DNA of 64,000 bases, from the NCBI RefSeq assembly GCF_006345805.1, contig NC_043014.1:46376001-46440000 (forward strand), given 5' to 3'. The notes beneath the pieces are model-generated. The model saw only the letters and a list, made by a program, of their open reading frames with translations. It did not search any database and had not been told where the DNA came from. Position 1 is the first letter of the stretch, and every line of letters begins with the position of its first letter. The translations under genes and the position numbers were made by a program. Of the stretch, positions 22,594-34,591 are shown piece by piece. The DNA is from Octopus sinensis. Its lineage: Eukaryota.

Positions 22594-25216
22594 TCATCAT
22601 CATCATCATCATCGTTTAACGTCCGCTTTCCGCGCTAGCACGGGTTGGACGGTTTGACCGGTCTGGGAAGCCAGGGGCCGCTCCAGGCACCAGTCTGAAT
22701 CTGGCAGAGTTTCTACGGCTGGATGCCCTTCCTAACGCCAACCACTCCGTGAGTGGATTGGGTGCTTTTTACGTGCCACCTGCACAGGGGCCGGAGGGTC
22801 CGGCATCGTCACGATCGATTCGAGCATTTTACGTGTGTCAGCGGCACGGGGGCAACGAGGTCCGGGGTACTTTGGGGATTGGGGTATTTTGGGATCCGGG
22901 TACTTTGGGGATCCGGGGTACTTAGAATGGGTAGGGGGGTACTTAGAATGGGTAGGGGGGTACTTAGAATGGGTAGGGGGTATGTGAATTGCTGCAGAAA
23001 GCAGCCCGGGTCTTTGTAGTCACAGCATCATATCTCCAGAGATCTCGGTCCTTCGCCATTGCCTCAGTGAGGCCCAATGCTCTGAGGTCATGCTTGACCA
23101 CCTCATCCCATGTCTTCCTGGGTCTACCTCTCCCCCTGATACCTTCAACTGTTTGGGAGTGGCACTTCTTCCACATCTCTCTTCATCCATCCGCAGCACA
23201 TGACCATACCATCGCAAGCGTCGCTCTTGCACACCACATCTGATGCTTCTTATATCCAGCATTTCTCTCTCAGGATACTTACACTCTGTTTTGGTGTGTA
23301 CACTGACACTACACATCCAGCGGATCATGCTAGCTTCATTTCTTTCAAGTCTACGCATGTCTTCTGCAGTCACAGCCCATGTTTCATTACCGTGAAGCAT
23401 GGCAGTTCGCACACATGCATCATATAATCTACCTTTTGCTCTGAGGGAGAGGCCTTTTGTTGCCAGTAGGGGTAGGAGCTTTCTGAACTTTGCCCAGGCT
23501 ATTCGTATTCTAGTGGTGATACTCTCTGTGCATCCACCTCCGCTACTAACTTGGTCTCCCAGGTAGCGGAAACTATCAACTACTTCTAGTTTCTCTCCCT
23601 GGAGTGTGATGGAATCTGTTTTCTGAGTGTCTGTTGTGTCTATTGTCCCTGTGCATCTGCCGCACATGAAAGCTATCTTATCTGTTAATTTCCCTTTAAT
23701 GTTGCTGCACCTCTTATGTGTCCATAACTTACATTGGGTGCATCTTATGGAGTTTCTACCTGTACCTTTCCTACAGTTGAGCAGGGCCACCTACCGAGGG
23801 GATGTGTGTTGAGTACCTCTTGCTGCTTACTAATACTTTGGTCTTTGCTACATTTATTCTAAGGCCCTTTGATTCCAACCCTTGCTTCCATACCCGAAAT
23901 TTCTCTTCTAGTTCCGGTAGTGATTCTGCTATGAGAGCTAGGTCATCGGCATAGAGGAGCTCCCAGGGGCATCCCGTTTTGAATTCCTCTGTTATTGCTT
24001 GAAGTACTATGATGAACAAAAGGGGACTGAGGGCTGAGCCCTGGTGCACACCTACTTCTACTCGGAATTCTTCACTATATTCGTTGCCAATCCTAACCTT
24101 GCTAACAGCCTCTCTGTATAGAGCCTGTACAGCCCTTATTAGCCATTCTTCAATCTCCAGTTTCCGCATCGACCACCAGATAAGGGAACGGGGAACCCTG
24201 TCAAAGGCTTTCTCCAAGTCTACAAAAGCTATGTAGAGGGGTTTATCTTTAGCTAGGTACTTCTCCTGCAGTTGTCGGACCAGGAATATAGCATCAGTGG
24301 TGCTTCTACCTGGTACAAAACCGAACTGCATTTCATCTAAACAATTCTCTCCCTAATGAGATTGGTTATGACCTTCTCTGAGACCTTCATCACCTGGTCC
24401 CACAGTTTGATACCTCTGTAGTTATTTCTATCTAGAGCATCACCCTTACCCTTGTAGCAGTTGACTATGGTACTGCTGCACCAGTCATTGGGTATGGCTC
24501 CATTGTGAACTACCTGGTTTACAATGCGGGTGACTATGGCATGGCCCACATAGCCAGCTGTTTTAAGCATCTCAGCAGTGATTCCTGATAGGCCAGGGGC
24601 TTTGCCTGGTTTCATATCCTTAATTGCCTTATCTACACGGGAGCTGTCTATTCGGGTAGCTGGTCCCTCTACTGGTCAACATTTGGCAGGCTCTCCTCCT
24701 CCCATTCATTCTCCTCATTAGCAGTCTTTCATAATGGCTTCTCCAAGCCTCTTTCTTTTCACTAGTAGTAAAAGCAAGTGCCCCATCATCCATGCGGACA
24801 CATTTCTCTCCTATAACATCGCTATTTTCTCTGACACACTGTCTGGCAATCCGAAATACTTCAGCTCTTTGATCCTCGCGACGCTGGACATTGGCAAACT
24901 TCTTCTTTTCTGCTACATCTTTGGCAATGTATACCTGCCGCCCAGCCTCCCTTTTGGCTATCTGGTACAGTTCCCTGCTGCCCCCCTCCTTCCAGGCTTT
25001 CCAGGCTCGTCTCTTTTCACAGATGGCTTTATCTACTGCACTATTCCACCACCACGTAATTCTAGGTCTGGAAGGGACTTTGCACCATCCACAAACTTGG
25101 TCTGTGGCACTCAACAAGCTGTCCCGTAGGAATTCCCAGCTACCTTCTATGTCTGACATCTGAAGCTCCTCTTCCCTCTCATCAAATTTCTTGATGAGTA
25201 TGTCCCTAAATTTCTG
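22594..25216 (-). pseudogene. 5'-truncated RTE-clade LINE: frameshifted ORF2 (linker, RT, PHD-like finger, C-terminus), 3'UTR and (GAT)n tail
   Basis: RT motifs QFGFVPGRSTTDAIF, FVDLEKAFDRVP, GVHQGSALSPLLF, LYADDL (YADD at 23942-23953); C-terminal RRLRWYGHVLRM and GRGRPRKTWDEVV; about six frameshifts; endonuclease absent; both flanks are (TA)n. Confidence 0.93.
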
Positions 25217-25235
25217 TATACATATATATATATAG

Positions 25236-25266
<31 letters not shown>

Positions 25267-25323
25267 GATATATATATATATACATATAGATATATAGATA
25301 TATATATATACATATATATATAT

Positions 25324-25359
<36 letters not shown>

Positions 25360-25361
<2 letters not shown>

Positions 25362-25512
25362 GACGGGCTTCTTTCAGTTTTCGTCTACCAAATCCACTCA
25401 CAAGGCTTTGGTTGACCCGTGGCTATAGTAGAAGACACTAGCCCAAGGTGCCACATAGCGGGACTGAACCCGAAGCCATGTGGTTGGTAACTACCACACA
25501 GCCACTCCTACA
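25360..25512 (-). mobile_element. SINE family A, 5' half
   Basis: Reverse match to the head region. Confidence 0.75.
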
Positions 25513-26069
25513 AAGTTATTTTAAAAATAACCAGTCACATGATTTGATATCTGGAAGCTATGAGATACTGCATGACTTATTCAAAACAATATAAATAAAC
25601 AACTATTACATTTGACTGAGAAATCTGAATGCTTAAGGGTTAAACAATCCACTTTGGCAGCCTGAAACACTTGTCAGAGGCTCCAGCTTGACCTGACCTG
25701 AACGGAATGCAGTTGATTCCTTCTCTTTGCTGGTGAATTGCACAATTCACTCTGTTGAGCTCCGTGGCAAGGGGAGTCCAAAGATGTTTGTCTACTCGTA
25801 TCTACGTTGTCTGAGCCCATCTTCAGATTGTCACACAATATTCTCTCTTTGAGCATGAATCAACTCTTTTGCGTCTGGTGGTGGGCACAGCATGGCGAGT
25901 TGCTACGAACAATTGACATATTGTGGTCTGAAAAATGAAAAATAGCAATGATTTTGAAGCACTTGGAAGTGCCTGCATAGATAAGATAGCTTAATGAGGG
26001 CTTAGCATTTTTCAAATGTCTGTATGTATTAATGTGTGTATGTCTGTTAATGTATGTGCGTATTAATGT

Positions 26070-26295
26070 ACTTACTCTTTTACTCTTTTACTTGTTTCAG
26101 TCATTTGACTGCGGCCATGCCGGAGCACCGCCTTTTTAATCGAGCAACTCAACCCCGGGACTTATTCTTTTTGTAAGCCCAGTACTTATTCTATCGGTCT
26201 CTTTTGCCGAACCGCTAAGTAACGGGGACATAAACACACCAGCATCGTTTGTCAAGCAATGTTAGGGGGACAAACACAGACACACAAACATATAC
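26070..26295 (-). mobile_element. SINE family A, 3' half
   Basis: Reverse match to the tail region. Confidence 0.75.
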
Positions 26296-26299
26296 AAGG

Positions 26300-26481
26300 C
26301 TTTAGAGCCGCGACCCACTATTTATCACCAGTTTATGACAACCCACTTAACTCTACTGCACTATCTCGATAGACAGCATTTAACCAAAGCTAATACGTAA
26401 TTCCATAACTTTTTGCGACCCACTAAGATTCCGTTCACGAACCATCTGTGGTTCACGACTCATAGTTTGGGAACCACTGCA
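26300..26481. mobile_element. hAT/Charlie-like DNA transposon end
   Basis: Ends in gtttgggaaccactg (reverse complement CAGTGGTTCCCAAAC, a Charlie-type terminus from memory) with gcgacccac subterminal motifs; other end not seen. Confidence 0.5.
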
Positions 26482-27363
26482 TTAATACATATGTATATAA
26501 ATATTAATTTGTCAATTTTTGATATCTTGGCATCTGAAGCAACTGGAGATACAATAGTTTGACTAAAAGAACTGGCTGTTGCAAGCAAAAATATATATTG
26601 AAAATAACACATGTAACCAAATATGGGCATATGACAGTTTAACATACTTGCAAAGACATGTATATATGCGTGTGTGTTTCTGTGTTTGACTGGTGTTGGT
26701 GTGTTTATGTCCCCCAGCATAGAAAATGGATGATCAATGACGATGATCACACCATTTCCTTCTTCTAAAATGACTCGCATGGCATTGGTTAGCCCAGGGG
26801 TATAACAGAAGACGCTTAACCAAGGTTCTGTGCACCCCTGGGACTGAACCTGAAGTCATGTGATTGCAACGTGAGCTTCTTAACCCCCGACGTCTGCTGG
26901 CACCGACTTAACACAGAACTTTTTCTGGGGAGAGACTGATATCTTATCTGCCAGGTTATTATGACTCTCAAATTATTGTTTGTGTAAAACTCTGGAGGCA
27001 AACCCCATTAAATTAGATGTAAGCCCCTTGTTCACTGACTCCCTAACTTTGTGCTAAGTTTTCTTTGTAACTAATACATTAACAAATGCCGTAGGATGTG
27101 GATCATATTTCTGATTTTGTCACCTACTTAAAATCTTAGTATTTTTAACATAAGCTTAAAATTTATGTGAAATTTGTTGATTGTGGGTTTGTAAACCTAT
27201 AAACTGTATATATATGATGTATGTGTTTCAGCTGACAGTTTTCGTAGCTTTTCTAAATGAAAATGAATACGTTGCCCATCCTGTTTGTCACGATCCACAA
27301 AAATGACAAACGCTATATACATGTGTGTATGTATATATAAATATGTATGCATGTGAGTGTGTG

Positions 27364-27417
<54 letters not shown>

Positions 27418-27434
27418 CATACATATATATAGAT

Positions 27435-27593
27435 GCAGGAGTGGCTGTGTGGTAAGTAGTGTGCTTATCAACCACATGGTTCTGGGTTAAGTCCCACTGC
27501 ATGGCAAATTGAGCAAGTGTCTTCTACTATAGCATTCGGGGTGACCTAAGCCCCTGTGAGTGGATTTGGTAGATGGAAACTAAAAGAAGCCTG

Positions 27594-27633
<40 letters not shown>

Positions 27634-27805
27634 CACCCACTACACTCGCGGAGTGGTTGGCGTTAGAAAGGGCATCCAGCTGTAGAAACACTGCCAGATC
27701 AGACTGGAGCCTGGAGCAGCCCCTGGCTCCCCAGACCCCGGTCGAACCGTCCAACCCGTGCTAGCGCGGAAAACGGTCGTTAAACGATGATGATGATGAT
27801 GATGA
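27435..27805 (+). mobile_element. Partial SINE A followed by RTE 3'UTR fragment
   Basis: SINE 27435-27597, (TA)n, then RTE tail 27630-27805 ending in (GAT)n. Confidence 0.7.
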
Positions 27806-27964
27806 TATATATATATATGACAAGAAATAATTTTTGCCTCTTTTTATGGTGACAAAAGGGTTTATAAGACTGCAAAAAAAAAGTGCTCAAATGTAATTGG
27901 GACAGAGATAAAAAAAAACATTGATCAAAGAACAAACATCAAATTCGAGTCAAATCATCAAACC

Positions 27965-27996
<32 letters not shown>

Positions 27997-28704
27997 TATA
28001 TGTATATATAGCAAATGAAAGACAGAAGATAGAATATATGAGAATTTATTATTAATCACGACAATTGTTTCGACACATCTAGCATCGATCCCTCATGGGT
28101 GGGACACTCAACAACTGGTTCAGGAGCATCCGGTGGTGCAGATGTATCTCGTTGGGTGATAAATAAAATACAACTCGTTAAAATAACTGTTCTGCAATGT
28201 AACTTTCCATTTTCTAGAGAGAAAAACAGCCCGAAGGAGGAGATATCTTTCTAGGATATCAAAAATAAAATCACAGATAGCAAAAAGAGAAACAAACACA
28301 CAATCCAGTGAGAAAAGTATTAGAAATATATATATACATGTGTGTGTATAGTGTGTCATGTATGATGCACAGGATACTTGATTGATGACCTAAGATCTCA
28401 AAAAAAAAAAAGAAAATTAACCAGATTTGAACAAAATAAAAAGAAGTGTATCACACGATACACTTGTCTTTACTGCATGTGACACATATCTTGTGATCAC
28501 GCGTTACTCAATGACTTAACCAAATTAACATCCAATAAATAAAAGCCTGAAAACGAGCTTAGACGTTTAGGACAAACTTACAAAATTGCTTTGGACAAGC
28601 AAAGGGTTAAAAGATCCGAGTAGATATGTAGAAATGCTTCTAGGGCCCTCATGAAGAAAAATAAAGGATTTGTTACACTAAGAATGGTGTATTGATATGT
28701 CCAT

Positions 28705-29110
28705 ATATAAAGGCAGTGAGCTGACAGAAATGTTAACATTCTGGGCGAAATGCTTAGTGGTATCTCGTCTGTCTTTATGTTCTGAGTTCAAATTCTGCCG
28801 TGGTCGACTTTACCTTTCATCTTTTTGGAGTTGATAAATTAAGTACCAGTTATGCACTGGGGTCGATATAATTGACTTAATACCTATGTCTGTCCTTGTT
28901 TGTCTCCTCTGTGTTTAGCCCGTTGTGGGTAGTAAAGGAATAGGTATTTCATCTGCCGCTACGTTCTGAGTTCAAATTCCTTCGTGGTTGACTTTGCTTT
29001 CCATCCTTTCAGGGTCAATAAATTAAGTACCAGTTGAATATTGGGATCGATCTAATTGACTGGCCCCCTTCCCCAAAATTTTGGGCGCTGTACCTAGAGG
29101 AGAAAAGTAT
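28705..29110 (+). mobile_element. SINE family C, head plus duplicated body
   Basis: Match to 63486-63718; second body starts near 28945. Confidence 0.7.
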
Positions 29111-29769
29111 ATGTCCATATATTTAGCAGCGTTTAGAGTTGGTTAACATAAATACCAGCTGCTATCTCAAGGGATGGGGAACACAAGTGCACAGCAACAA
29201 CTAATTTGCTCCTTATCTTTTACTTGTTTAATTTATTGGACTATGGCCATGCTGGGGCACCACCTCGAAGAGTTTAGTCGAACAAATCGCCCCACCCCAC
29301 CTCCCAGTTCTTCTCTTTAAGTCTGGCACTTATTTCTGTCACTCGTTTCTTTGCCAAACCACTAAGTAAACTAACACTGGTTGTCAAATGGTGGGAACAA
29401 ACACACACACGCACACACACGGGCACGTATGATGGACTTCTTTCAGTTTCCATCTAATCATATTCACTGACAAAGCTTTAGTTGCCCATTGCTATAGTAG
29501 AAGACACTTGCCCAAGGTGTCACACAGTGGGACTGAACCCAGAACCATATGGTTGGGAAACAAATTTCTTACCATACAGCCATGCCAGCACCTGATGTTA
29601 ATTCTTAGTCCTCCACCCCTCCTCCTCATTTTTACTATTTACTAACCAACACTGCATGCCTCAGTTTGGTTACTCAATTTATTAGAAATAACAGCCAAAA
29701 CTCTCTTTAAATCACAGCTGAATTGTCTTAAGAGGAAGGACTCACTGGATTATGTACTGCTACGTAAAA

Positions 29770-30680
29770 GACTCCCTTCAGTCATGAATGACCACGAGAT
29801 TGCACATAAAAAGTCACCCTCTGAGGCACAAGTTCGGGTAAGGTTGTTTGTGGAAGACCAGCAGTCGCCCATGCATACCTATTTCTTTACTACCAACAAG
29901 GGGCTAAACACAGAGAGGACAAACACGGACAGACAAACTGATTAAGTCGATTATATCGACCCCAATGCATAACTGGTACTTAATTTATCGACCCCGAAAG
30001 GATGAAAGGCAAAGTCGACCTCGGTGGGATTTGAACTCAGAACGTAACGGCAGACGAAATACGGCTACGCATTTGGCCCGGCGTGCTAACAATTCTGCCA
30101 GCTCACTACCGGCCTCTCCTCTCCACGCCACCAATGTTACACAAGCGAAAGGCAAAGGGTGATAAGACGAAATGCAGAATGCACACACCCATTCATTGTG
30201 TTGGAATCTCTACAGATGGTGCACCCGCAGTGCATGCCTGCGCATCAAAAGTCAGGGCACACCTCACCTGCCATGCAGAGAGATCACTGGTAGTGGAGGA
30301 ACCATCTGACCAGTGAAACATGATGATAGTGATGTTCCTTCTCGAGCCATGCCAGGCTCATAAGGGCCGGTTTCCCGGTTTCAGTGGCGTAGAAATTCTC
30401 CACCTGGACGGGACGCCAGTCCATCGCAGGATTACTCATTTTTGCCAGCTGAGTGGACTGGAGCAACGTGAAATGAAGTGTCTTGCTCAAGAACACAACG
30501 CATCGCCCGATCCAGGAATTGAAACCACAATCTTACAGTGTTGTTGCAAATCACTTCTACAGCTGAATCAAGTGGAGCAACGTGAAATAAAGTGTTTCGC
30601 CCAGGAACGCAACACACAGCCCTGTCTGGGAATCGAACTCACCATCTCATGATTGTGAGCCCGATGCTTTAAACGTTGAG
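29770..30680 (-). mobile_element. Cluster of nested SINEs (family C inserted into a family B-type element)
   Basis: Family C copy 29876-30110 splits the sequence cccatgcatacc|...|taccggcctctcctctccacgcc that is continuous at ~61340-61370. Confidence 0.65.
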
Positions 30681-31304
30681 CCATGCGCCTTGGTTTTAGA
30701 ATAAGATTGGATTGGATTGGTCATGCATAGAGGAATTTGATCATAGGTGTGCTTGCCCATGGAATGATCTACAGCAAAACCACCACCAAAACCACCACCA
30801 CCACCACCACCACCACCATTATCACCTTCATCATTATTATCATCACTATCACCATTCCATCGCCATTGGTTACCAGTGAGTTTATTTAAAGCATTATCAG
30901 TCTTTGCCCCCCCCCCCCGGTTCTTTTACTTCGGTACAGAACTTAGTGTTTCTCTGTTGTTTTTTTTTTCCTTTTTTCCCCCCTTTTTTCTTTTTCATCT
31001 TCAAAATACCATTTCCTGTGAATTACAGTCGGCAGCTGTTATAATGAGATTATTGATGACATCATCTCCCCCCCACCCCCTCTGCACCCACACCCGTATC
31101 CTACTTCACTCCCACCCCCCGCCCCGCACCATTCCCCAAACCCTTTCCTTAACCAAATAACTGGTAGTGTCACTCTGCAGTAATTTTTTAAGTGTGTGAT
31201 TCCATTTTACTTTGGAAGATTGCATGCCTCATTCTATTAAGTATGGAAAAACTAAACTGAAAACTTTTTCAAGTATCTTCACTCTGTTATTATTATTTTT
31301 ATCA

Positions 31305-31640
31305 TTCATCATCATCATCATCATCATTTAGCATCCGCTTTCCATGCTAGCATGGGTTGGACGGTTCAACTGGGGTCTGGGAAGCCAGAAGGCTGCACCA
31401 GGCTCCAGTCTGATCTGGCAGTGTTTCTATGGCTGAATGCCCTTCCTAACGCCAACCACTCCGTGAATGTAGCGGGTGCTTTTTACGTGCCACCGGCACA
31501 GGTGTCAGACGAGGCTGGCAAACGGCCACGATCGGATGGTGCTTTTTACGTGTCACCGGCACGAGGCTAGTCGGGGCAGCCCTGGCAACGGCCACGTTCA
31601 GATGGTTCTCTTACGTGCCTCCGGCACTGATATCACACCT
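31305..31640 (-). mobile_element. RTE 3'UTR fragment
   Basis: (CAT)n, then ttagcatccgctttccatgctagc...ttttacgtgccaccggcac repeats. Confidence 0.75.
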
Positions 31641-31926
31641 GCAATTTCCACTGATGTTGGTCGATTTCGATATTATTATTATTATTATTATTATTATTGT
31701 TGTTATTGTTATTATTAGGCAGTGAGTTGGCAGAAACATTAGCACGCTGGACAAAATGCTTAGCGGTAATTCACACATCGCTATGTTCTGAGTTCAAATT
31801 CCGCTAAGATTGACTTTGCCTTTCACCCTTTTGGGGTTGATAATTTAAGTACCAGTTGTACACTGAGGTCGATGTAATCGACTCATCCCTCCCCCAAAAT
31901 TGTTTCCCTTCGAGCAAGATTTGAAA

Positions 31927-31965
<39 letters not shown>

Positions 31966-32174
31966 GTCTGGTTCATTTTTAGTATTTTCGTTTGTGAGAG
32001 CAGTTGAGTTTATTTAAGATATTCTCATTTTAAAAATCATCTGTGGCTAATTGTTGAGAGGACGTTGGTGTTCCCTTAGCTGAGGTTTGCGCTCTCTGAG
32101 TGCTCCTGTTATTATTATTTTGTTTTTGTATTTGGTTTGCAAGATTCTTTATGTGAATTTGTGTGTTGAAGCAT

Positions 32175-32356
32175 ATTTTATTGTGTCTGGGAAGAGCCAT
32201 TCTCTTTTACTGCCTTATTATTTAACACACTCATTTACTTATTTATATATCTATTTTTTCTAGAAAAAATAAATAAGTAAATGAGTGGAAATCAAACCAG
32301 TGAGTGTGTTAAATAAGGCACAAAAAGGGAATGACTCTTCCCAGATACAATAAAAT
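32175..32356. mobile_element. Small fold-back MITE with nested inner palindrome
   Basis: ~57-bp TIRs ttttattgtgtctgggaagagccattc.../...gaatgactcttcccagatacaataaaa; inner ctcatttacttatttatat...atataaataagtaaatgag. Confidence 0.7.
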
Positions 32357-33415
32357 TATTATTATTATCGTAGAAAGTGTGGGTTCATGTCTCACAGGCA
32401 GCCATTGAATTTTTCTATCCAGACTATTTTCCAATCCAATACTTACATACTATTATTTATGACATTTTCTATTTCAAGATAAACCATTAAAAATTAATTA
32501 TCATCATCATTAATTATTGATAGTGAGCTGGCAGAATTGTTAGGATGCTGGGCAAAATGCTTAGCAGAACTTCATCTGCCTTTACTTTATGAGTTCAAAT
32601 TCTGCCAAGGTAGACTTTGCTTTGCATCCTTTTGGGGTTGATAAAATAAGTGCCAGTTGACTTAGCTCCTACCCCAAATTTACTAGCCTTGTACCAAAAC
32701 TTAAAACCATTATATATATTATAAGGGTACACTAGGCACATGCATCACAACTATATGTGCACGACATGGTGGTCTCATATCAAGATAAACAACGCATGAC
32801 CTTGCAGGTGGGTCCCAGTTAGAATTTTCTTCTTGTCGAGTAGCCCATCCCACTCAAAAGGTCCCTGAATAAGGGTTGTATGAGGATGATGAACAAAACA
32901 CCAATGTTTCCAAAGGTGAATCATCCAAACCCCAAAGAGTTCCTTTTGCTAAAATTTCTTGTTTTTTATCCCCTGCTCTCATCATAGGTGCTTGTTTGTG
33001 AGATATTTCTTTCACTATTCTGCAGCAGCTTTGCTTGTATGCTGTTGTTTTTATCTGATGACACTCCAAATAGAAGTATTGGATATTTTGAATATATATA
33101 TTTTTTTTTCAAATGTATGAAATTATAATTTTCTCCAGCCAAAAAAAAAAAATAATTGTTGGCATTGAGCCAGTGTATGTTAATATTTTAATATTCAACG
33201 AAGCTAAACAAGAGCGAGAGAGTACAAAAAAAAAGAGCACAGAGAAAATGAGAGTGGGATGCTTTCTTGTGAGTCTGGTGTTTATCAGGCTACAATCGAA
33301 GCTGGTCACAATGTCATTGTCATGGCAACAAAACCAGCCAATGAATAAAAGCAAATTTAATACACACCGACCCCTCCACTAATACAGAGAAAAATGTAAA
33401 CAAAATCAATATAAA

Positions 33416-33825
33416 GGCGTAGGGGTGGCTGTGTGGTAAATAGCTTGCTTACATACCACATGGTTCCGGATTCAGTCCCACTGCGTGGCACCTTGGGCAA
33501 GTGTCTTCTACTATAGCCTCGGGCCGACCAAAGCCTTGTGAGTGGATTTGGTAGATGGAAACTGAAAGAAGCCCGTCGTATATATGTATATATATGTATG
33601 TGTTTGTGTCTGTGTTTGTCCCCCCAACATCGCTTGACAACCGATGCTGGTGTGTTTACGTCCCCGTAACTTAGCGGTTCGGCAAAAGAGACCGATAGAA
33701 TAAGTACTAGGTACTAGGCTTACAAAGAATAAGTCTTGGGGTCGATTTGCTCGACTAAAGGTGGTGCTCCAGCATGGCCACAATCAAATGACTGAAACAA
33801 GTAAAAAGAGTAAATAAAGAGTAAA
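33416..33825 (+). mobile_element. SINE family A, full length
   Basis: Match to 1015-1422. Confidence 0.85.
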
Positions 33826-33861
33826 AGAATATAATTTTACAAACCTTATGTATTATATTCA

Positions 33862-34591
33862 CCCTTTCGTTACCGTATTTATTTTGAGATGCTCTGTGTT
33901 TCTTTCGATTAATTTTAGATATAACAAAGAATTTAGTAAAATAACTTAGTCATAATTTAGCTAGTGTTAGGAACATAAATTGTGACTTAAGGTTTGGTGG
34001 AAGATTTTAGTTCAAAACTTATGAAAACAAGACATTTGTACTACAGAGCCAGAGGTGGTTTCAACCAGGTTGGTTACAAAAGGGTTAGGAATTGTGTCTC
34101 TGTTGTATATTTTAACCCTCTCATTACCATATTTCTGTTGAGGTACTCTGTATTTCTTTCAATTAATTTCAAATATAATAAAGAATTTAATGAAATAACT
34201 TAGTTATCATTAAGCTAGTGTTAAGAACATGAATTGTGACTTAAGGTTTGGTGGAAGATTTTAATTCAGAATTTTTGAAAACAAGATATTTGTACTACAG
34301 AGCCAGAGGCAGTTTCAGCCAGGTTGGTTACAAAAGGGTTAGGAATTGTGTCTCTGTTATATATTTTAACCCTCTCGTTACCATATTTCTGTTGAGGTAC
34401 TCTGTATTTCTTTCAATTAATTTCAAATATAACAAAGAATTTAATGAAATAACTTAGTTATCACTAAGCTAGTGTTAGGAACATGAATTGTAACTGAGGT
34501 TTGGTGGAAGATTTTAATTCAGAATTTTTGAAAACAAGATATTTGTACTACAGAGCCAGAGGTGGTTCCAGTCTGGTTGGCATCAAAAAGG
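33862..34591. mobile_element. Three tandem piggyBac-type MITEs (254-bp period)
   Basis: Copies 33862-34084, 34116-34338 and 34370-34591, CCCT...AGGG termini, TTAA-like flanks, near-identical 31-bp spacers; solo copy at 55751-55970. Confidence 0.85.
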
